A DNA stretch of 64,000 nt, from positions 1-64,000 of the IMG/VR virus record IMGVR_UViG_3300030109_006070. One strand, 5' to 3'. The translations under genes and the position numbers were made by a program. The notes beneath the pieces were generated by a model that did not search any database, was not told the DNA's origin, and was given only the letters and a program-made list of their open reading frames with translations. Source of the DNA: a virus. Each line of letters opens with the position of its first letter. Positions within the stretch are counted from its first letter, which is position 1. Below are positions 58,453 through 64,000 of this stretch, one piece after another.

Positions 58453-61004
58453 GCAACTCCAGTTACACAGGTTATAAAACTCCTTTTCCAGTCGGCGTAA
58501 AGCTGCCAGAAATTAAAATAGAAAAAAAATATTACGAAGAAGTCTCTTGTGGAGACCTGGAGGATAACTATCAGTTTCTTAGGAAGCTATGCTTTAAAAG
58601 ATTAAAGGAGAAGGGGATAGATAAGTTAGATAACTCTCAAGTTTACTACGATAGATTAAAAGAGGAGCTTTCTATCTTTCAAGAGTTGGGTTTCGTAGAT
58701 TACATCCTGCTAAACTGGGATATAATGAATTTTTGCCAAGAAAACGATATCCCTACTGGAGCTGGAAGAGGAAGCGCAGCAGGTTCTTTAGTTTTATATG
58801 TTATAAGCGTCACTAATATTGATCCTATTGAATATGATTTGTTTTTTGAGAGGTTCGTTTCTAAAAGTAGGGCTAAAAAAATAGAACACAATGGTGAAAC
58901 TTTTCTAGATGGCAGCTTGCTTGCTGATGTCGATAACGATATCTCTTACGATAGAAGAGCTGAAGTCATCCAATATATTGAAAAGAAGTATAAAGGTAAG
59001 ACTTCTAAAATTTTAACTCTTAATACTCTAAGCGGCAAACTCTGCATGAAAGAATGCGGCAAAATTGTAGAGGAGCTATCAGAAATGGATGTTAATCAAA
59101 TTAGTGACACCATCCCTAAAAACTTTGGCATCGTTTCTAAGCTTAGAGCCGCTTATGAAGAAAGCGAGACATTCAAAGCTTATGCTGACAAGTATCCTAA
59201 AGTATATAAAATAGCGAAAAAATTAGAAGGTTTAAACAAAAACACTGGAGTTCACCCTTCTGGAATATCTATTTCTTTTTATGATCTGGAAGATATCATG
59301 CCATTACAACTGACAAATGATGAAGCTTTAGTTTCTGGTTATGACATGAATGATGTGGCTAGTTTAAGTGTTAAATTCGACATTTTGGGACTTAGAACTC
59401 TTTCGGTTGTCCATGATGTTTGCAAGCAAATAGGTATTCAAGCTTCAAACATAAATCCTCATGATGAGTTAATTTATACAGCCCTTTCTAATTTAAGATC
59501 TCCCCAAGGATTATTCCAAATCGAAGCTGAAACTAATTATAAAGTTTGTAAACTTATATCCCCTCAAAACTTAGAGCAATTATCGGCAGTAGTTGCTATA
59601 GCAAGACCTGGAGCTTTAGATTTCAAAGACAGATATGCAGAGTATGTTAAGACAGGAGATTTCCAGTCTGTTCATGAATATTTTGATGATATCTTGAGCT
59701 ACACAGGAGGTATTCCCCTTTACCAAGAGCAGTTAATGAAAATGGCTGTTAAAGTCGGATTTAGTCTCGATGAAGCGGAGCAGTTACGGCGTATAGTCGG
59801 AAAGAAAAAAGTTGATCAAATGCCAGCTTGGAAAATTAAGATCGAGGAAAAGATTCAAAAAAACAAATTAGATCCAAATATTGGAGATGTTTTATGGAGA
59901 GTCGCCGAAGATTCTGCGAACTATTCTTTTAACAAATCTCACTCCATTAGTTATGCATATTTAGCGGCTATAACCGTTTATTTAAAATTTAGTTATCCTC
60001 AAGAATTCTTTTTAAGTCTTTTAAAATATGCCAAGTATGAACCTAATTCTCATGAAGAGATAGCTAAGATATCTCAAGAGCTTTCGCATTTTGATATAAA
60101 ATTATTGCCTCCTGATTTAAATAAATCAGATATCGATTTTAAAATCGAAGGCAAAAACATTCGATATGGTCTGAACTCAATTAAGGGTGTTTCTACTAAA
60201 GTTTTGCAGTCACTGTTGGATTTCAGGGAAGATTCTTTTTCTAATAAATACGAGGTATTTTTATCTGCCAAGCAAGCTAGTTTAAACATCGGGATGCTTT
60301 CTGCATTAATCCAAGCTGGCTTGTTAGATTCTTTTGTAAAAAGCAATCGTCCTCGCTTAGTTTTAGAAGCCCAGACATTTAATATCCTTACAGACAGAGA
60401 AAAAAGAAATCTTATATCTATGGGGGAGAGATATGATTATGATATCATAACCGCTATCCATGAAGTGAAAAAAGAGGGCATGGTGGGAGATGATAACAGG
60501 AAGATCTTCGCTGATAAACGATTTGAAACATTCCGTAAAAAATTCCAACCATATAAAGATATTTACGAGATGAATAAAGAGCATATTAAATATGCTAATT
60601 GGTTTTTTGAAGAAAAGCTTTTAGGATATAGTTACTCCTACAACATAAGACAGGTTTTTAGCTATGAAGGGGATTTTCATTCCGCAGATACAGTAAAAGA
60701 TCTAAATGAGCGATCTAATATAAAATTTGTGGGAGTTTTAACCGATATTATGCGTAGAACTAGCAGAAATGGCAATAAATATGCCCGTCTTACAATGCAG
60801 GATGAAGGAGGCGTTTTAGAGGGGCTTTTCTTAGACAGCGCTAGAGACGCTCGGTTGACAGATTACTTAAATTCTGGAAAGAAATTGCCCAAAAAGTCCG
60901 ATGTCGTGATAATATATGGGTCAAAAGGAGATGATATTGTGTTTGTAGACAAAATATTTCCTCTTAAAGATAAAATCTACATGAAACTATCTGAACTTAA
61001 ATAG
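58449..61004 (+). CDS. dnaE: DNA polymerase III alpha catalytic part (no PHP domain)
   Basis: GRGSAAGS, FERF, ADVDND, HPSG, KFDILGL, YQEQ, SFNKSH, OB fold. Confidence 0.95.
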   Translation: MSNSSYTGYKTPFPVGVKLPEIKIEKKYYEEVSCGDLEDNYQFLRKLCFKRLKEKGIDKLDNSQVYYDRLKEELSIFQELGFVDYILLNWDIMNFCQENDIPTGAGRGSAAGSLVLYVISVTNIDPIEYDLFFERFVSKSRAKKIEHNGETFLDGSLLADVDNDISYDRRAEVIQYIEKKYKGKTSKILTLNTLSGKLCMKECGKIVEELSEMDVNQISDTIPKNFGIVSKLRAAYEESETFKAYADKYPKVYKIAKKLEGLNKNTGVHPSGISISFYDLEDIMPLQLTNDEALVSGYDMNDVASLSVKFDILGLRTLSVVHDVCKQIGIQASNINPHDELIYTALSNLRSPQGLFQIEAETNYKVCKLISPQNLEQLSAVVAIARPGALDFKDRYAEYVKTGDFQSVHEYFDDILSYTGGIPLYQEQLMKMAVKVGFSLDEAEQLRRIVGKKKVDQMPAWKIKIEEKIQKNKLDPNIGDVLWRVAEDSANYSFNKSHSISYAYLAAITVYLKFSYPQEFFLSLLKYAKYEPNSHEEIAKISQELSHFDIKLLPPDLNKSDIDFKIEGKNIRYGLNSIKGVSTKVLQSLLDFREDSFSNKYEVFLSAKQASLNIGMLSALIQAGLLDSFVKSNRPRLVLEAQTFNILTDREKRNLISMGERYDYDIITAIHEVKKEGMVGDDNRKIFADKRFETFRKKFQPYKDIYEMNKEHIKYANWFFEEKLLGYSYSYNIRQVFSYEGDFHSADTVKDLNERSNIKFVGVLTDIMRRTSRNGNKYARLTMQDEGGVLEGLFLDSARDARLTDYLNSGKKLPKKSDVVIIYGSKGDDIVFVDKIFPLKDKIYMKLSELK

Positions 61005-61015
61005 TGTAAAGAATT

Positions 61016-63466
61016 ATGATGGGTCTAACTGATTTCAATTTAACCCCCAAAGCAAAGAAGGGACTAAAAGATTCTCAAAAATTTGCAGAAGCTAATGGTC
61101 ATACCTTAGTAACCACTGCACATCTAGTGTATGGTTGTCTAATTAACATTTCTGATAGCTGCGCTGTCAGATTAAAAACTTATGGTATTTCTTTCGAGGG
61201 AGATAAGTTTATTAAATTATTTAAAAAATACGCTTCTGAAAACAAAGATTACTTCCAAGCTTCGAAAGGCCAAGGCGGTTGGCATGAAGATGTAAATGAA
61301 ATCATATTTTTTGCTAAAGATTTTTCTGACAATTTTGATAGCTACTTTATAGGTATAGAACACATTCTATATACTATTTTGGATATGGAGGGTCACTTTA
61401 TCGAATACATGAAGGCTAATGGGATCGACACCATACATGCTAAAGATATTATTGAGACTTATATTTTAGAGACCAGTATCCCTCCTACAGATCAATTAAA
61501 AAATATTATTTTAGATCCTGCTAGATTAGATATAGAAGGTAAATTTAAAATAAAAACAAAAAAAGAAGCTGGCGAAGGACCGCTGCCTAATTTGACAAAA
61601 TATTGCGTCAATTTGAACGAAAGATTTGTTTCTCAAAAATCTTCTAAAGTTTCAGGCAGAGATAAGGAAATTCATGAACTAGTAGAAATTTTATCCAAAA
61701 AGAACAAAAGTAATGCGATTTTAGTAGGGGATGCGGGTGTCGGCAAAACAGCAATAGTAGAAGGCCTTGTCCAAAAAATAATCAGTCAGGAATGCCCCCC
61801 TCATATGTCTCTGATGCAAATTTGCGCTGTAGATATAAGCGCTATGATAGCTGGCACAAAATATAGAGGAGAGTTCGAGGAAAGGTTTAAATCTCTTATA
61901 GCTGAAGTGGAGAAAGAACCAAACATTATTCTGTTTTTTGATGAAATCCACACTATAATTGGTGCTGGAAATTCTGAAGGCGCAGTTGACGCTTCTAACA
62001 TGCTCAAACCAGCTTTAGCGAGAGGTGACATAAAATGTATAGGAGCCACAACAGCTCAAGAGTATAAAAAATTCTTTGAGAAAGACACTGCTATGAAGCG
62101 GAGATTCGATAAAATTTTTGTAGAGGAGCCTTCTAAAAGCGCCACTAAAGAAATTGTGATGAATGCTTTGTCTTATTACGAAGATTTCCACCATGTGAAA
62201 TACACAGAAGGAGATATAGATACTATTATTGATTTATGCGAAAAATTCTTAAGCAATAAAAGATTCCCAGATAAAGCTTTTGATATAATTGATCAATTAG
62301 GGGCTAGAACAAAAATTAAATATAATGAGGTTCCTTCTAATGTGGAAGATGTAAGAACTGCTTTTTGTGAGTTTTTAATGGGGACTTCTGAAGATGAAAA
62401 AATAGATGAAGATAAATTTACAATTCTTCTAAAAGATTATCTTGAGGTGATGGCCCGTTATGGAGAAAAAAAAGGAAGAAAGCAAAAGATAAGGCAAAAA
62501 GATATTCTTTCTGTTTTTAAAGATAAAACTGGCTTGTCTCCCAAAACAATAGCAAAAAACACTTCTTCTTTTTCAGGCTTCGCTAAACAAATGAATAGTG
62601 AAGTCTTTGGTCAAGAAGATAATATCGAAGTGATTCATAACACTCTAGCTTGCGTAAAAGCAGGTTTAAATGACCCTTCGAAGCCTTTAAGTAATTTTCT
62701 TTTTATCGGAGACACAAGCGTGGGTAAAACTTTTACAGCTAAAAAGATAGCTAAATATTTTCTAGGTAATGAAAAGTCTTTCTTGCAGCTTAATATGAGT
62801 GAATATCAAGACAAGACGGGCATCTCTAAATTAATGGGGGCTAATGCGGGTTATGTAGGCTATGAAGAGGGAGGTCTTCTTACAGAGTTTGTTAGGAATA
62901 ATCCTAACTGTGTGATTCTATTTGATGAAGTAGAGAAGTGTGAACCTAAAGTCTTAGATATTCTTTTGCATATTTTAGATGAAGGCTACGCTACAGACAA
63001 TTTAAATAGAGAAATCGATTTTACTAAATCAATAATTGTGATGACTTCTAATTTAGGCCATAGAGAAAAGTCTAAAAAAAGCATGGGTTTTATTCCAACC
63101 AAGCAAGACGAAAAAAGCGTTTATCACGAATCAATTAAGAAATATTTTAGACCTGAACTATTAGCTCGCGTTGATGAAGTTTTAGTGTTTAACGAGCTGG
63201 GCGAGAGGGAGTTGAGAAAAATTATTAAAAAAGAGCTAGAACAGATACAAATTAGGCTTAAAGAAAGATCTATAGATATCTCGTTCAAAAAAAACGTAGA
63301 GAAATATATTTTTAATGAAATTAAAAACAAAAAAAATCACGCCAGACAAATAAAGAATTTGGTAAAATCTCTCATTCAAATACCTATTTCAAATTATATT
63401 GTCAAAAACAGAAATATAGAGAAAATTTCTCTAAATGTGGTTGACAAAGCATTAGACTTCGCCTAA
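61016..63466 (+). CDS. ClpA/ClpC-family AAA+ unfoldase
   Basis: Clp N domain, GDAGVGKT, GTKYRGEFE, FDEIH, GDTSVGKT, GYVGY, FDEVEK, SMGF loop. Confidence 0.93.
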   Translation: MMGLTDFNLTPKAKKGLKDSQKFAEANGHTLVTTAHLVYGCLINISDSCAVRLKTYGISFEGDKFIKLFKKYASENKDYFQASKGQGGWHEDVNEIIFFAKDFSDNFDSYFIGIEHILYTILDMEGHFIEYMKANGIDTIHAKDIIETYILETSIPPTDQLKNIILDPARLDIEGKFKIKTKKEAGEGPLPNLTKYCVNLNERFVSQKSSKVSGRDKEIHELVEILSKKNKSNAILVGDAGVGKTAIVEGLVQKIISQECPPHMSLMQICAVDISAMIAGTKYRGEFEERFKSLIAEVEKEPNIILFFDEIHTIIGAGNSEGAVDASNMLKPALARGDIKCIGATTAQEYKKFFEKDTAMKRRFDKIFVEEPSKSATKEIVMNALSYYEDFHHVKYTEGDIDTIIDLCEKFLSNKRFPDKAFDIIDQLGARTKIKYNEVPSNVEDVRTAFCEFLMGTSEDEKIDEDKFTILLKDYLEVMARYGEKKGRKQKIRQKDILSVFKDKTGLSPKTIAKNTSSFSGFAKQMNSEVFGQEDNIEVIHNTLACVKAGLNDPSKPLSNFLFIGDTSVGKTFTAKKIAKYFLGNEKSFLQLNMSEYQDKTGISKLMGANAGYVGYEEGGLLTEFVRNNPNCVILFDEVEKCEPKVLDILLHILDEGYATDNLNREIDFTKSIIVMTSNLGHREKSKKSMGFIPTKQDEKSVYHESIKKYFRPELLARVDEVLVFNELGERELRKIIKKELEQIQIRLKERSIDISFKKNVEKYIFNEIKNKKNHARQIKNLVKSLIQIPISNYIVKNRNIEKISLNVVDKALDFA

Positions 63467-63469
63467 TAT
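63441..63469 (+). promoter_or_regulatory. sigma70 promoter in the clp 3' end
   Basis: TTGACA-N17-TAATAT. Confidence 0.75.
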
Positions 63470-63514
63470 ACTCCTATGGTCGCCTTAAATATTGAGGTGG
63501 TTTTGCTCATGTCG

Positions 63515-63549
63515 AGAAACCCTCCCTTGAAAAAGGGGGGGTTTCTTTT
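63515..63549 (+). terminator. intrinsic terminator hairpin
   Basis: agaaaccctccctt-gaaa-aaggggggg-tttct followed by ttt. Confidence 0.8.
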
Positions 63550-63559
63550 ACTATAGACA

Positions 63560-64000
63560 ATGAAACTTTCTTCGCTTTTTAAAGGAAAAGTCTACGCTTT
63601 CCCTCAAACACAAAATCAAGATCAAGATTTAGCTTTTGCTAAAAAAGTTGTTGGAAAAGTTAATCCTTCCCTAGAAATTGATAGCATTTCTGTGGGCAAA
63701 ATTGAAGATAACTATGATGTTTTTTTGATAAAAGATAAAAACAAAAACAACTACAAACTTAAAATATCTCTAGACGATTCAGATGGGGTTTTAAAAAAAG
63801 AAGCTAACATTATAAAAAACTGCCAATCAAAAACCGTTCCCACCTTTAAGAGTTATGGCCAAATTAAAATTGGAGAAGACATTTCTTATTTGTTTACTTC
63901 TGTCCCTGAATACGAAAGCGTCAGAAACTACGGAAGATCGTGTTTAATGGAAAATTTAAATTTGTTTTTTAGAAACTATGTAGATTTTCAAAAGACAAAA
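63560..64000 (+). CDS. partial ORF, possibly the N-lobe of an APH/choline-kinase-like phosphotransferase
   Basis: open to the window end; YDVFLI..YKLKISLD..LKKEA..VP pattern. Confidence 0.4.
   Translation, partial: MKLSSLFKGKVYAFPQTQNQDQDLAFAKKVVGKVNPSLEIDSISVGKIEDNYDVFLIKDKNKNNYKLKISLDDSDGVLKKEANIIKNCQSKTVPTFKSYGQIKIGEDISYLFTSVPEYESVRNYGRSCLMENLNLFFRNYVDFQKTK

Noticed and set aside
1-64000. tRNA genes, introns/inteins, integrase or stop-codon reassignment
   Set aside because: No cloverleaf or splicing motifs seen by eye; TerL, NrdA, DnaB and DnaE are uninterrupted; TAA, TAG and TGA all end well-supported genes

Overview
64 kb of a large, AT-rich tailed dsDNA phage genome (standard genetic code; no tail sheath in the window, so probably a long-tailed siphovirus). 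Layout: (1-1.6 kb) small leftward early genes, each with its own sigma70 promoter and little or no leader; (2-15.6 kb) PhoH, a sigma factor, an ERCC4 nuclease, terminase, portal, prohead protease/scaffold, decoration protein and major capsid protein; (15.6-30.7 kb) neck, tail tube, chaperones, a 2209-aa tape measure and tail-tip genes; (30.7-33.5 kb) Hsp20, glycosyltransferase, SSB and a second sigma factor; (33.7-37.4 kb) a class Id-like RNR and a basic late protein; (37.4-51.4 kb) a 17-gene glycan synthesis and methylation island containing a RuBisCO-like protein next to HAD, nucleotidyltransferase, cupin and phosphodiesterase genes; (51.4-61 kb) RecA, DnaB, DnaG, nucleases and a three-part PHP/exonuclease/DnaE polymerase; then a ClpA/C ATPase. 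Most notable: the phage form-IV RuBisCO-like sugar cassette, a hidden -1 frame extension of a head gene at an A9 run, a GTGTAA late-promoter motif just upstream of start codons, repeat-flanked cargo in the tape measure and two candidate small RNAs. All protein calls come from motifs recognised by eye; no searches were run.
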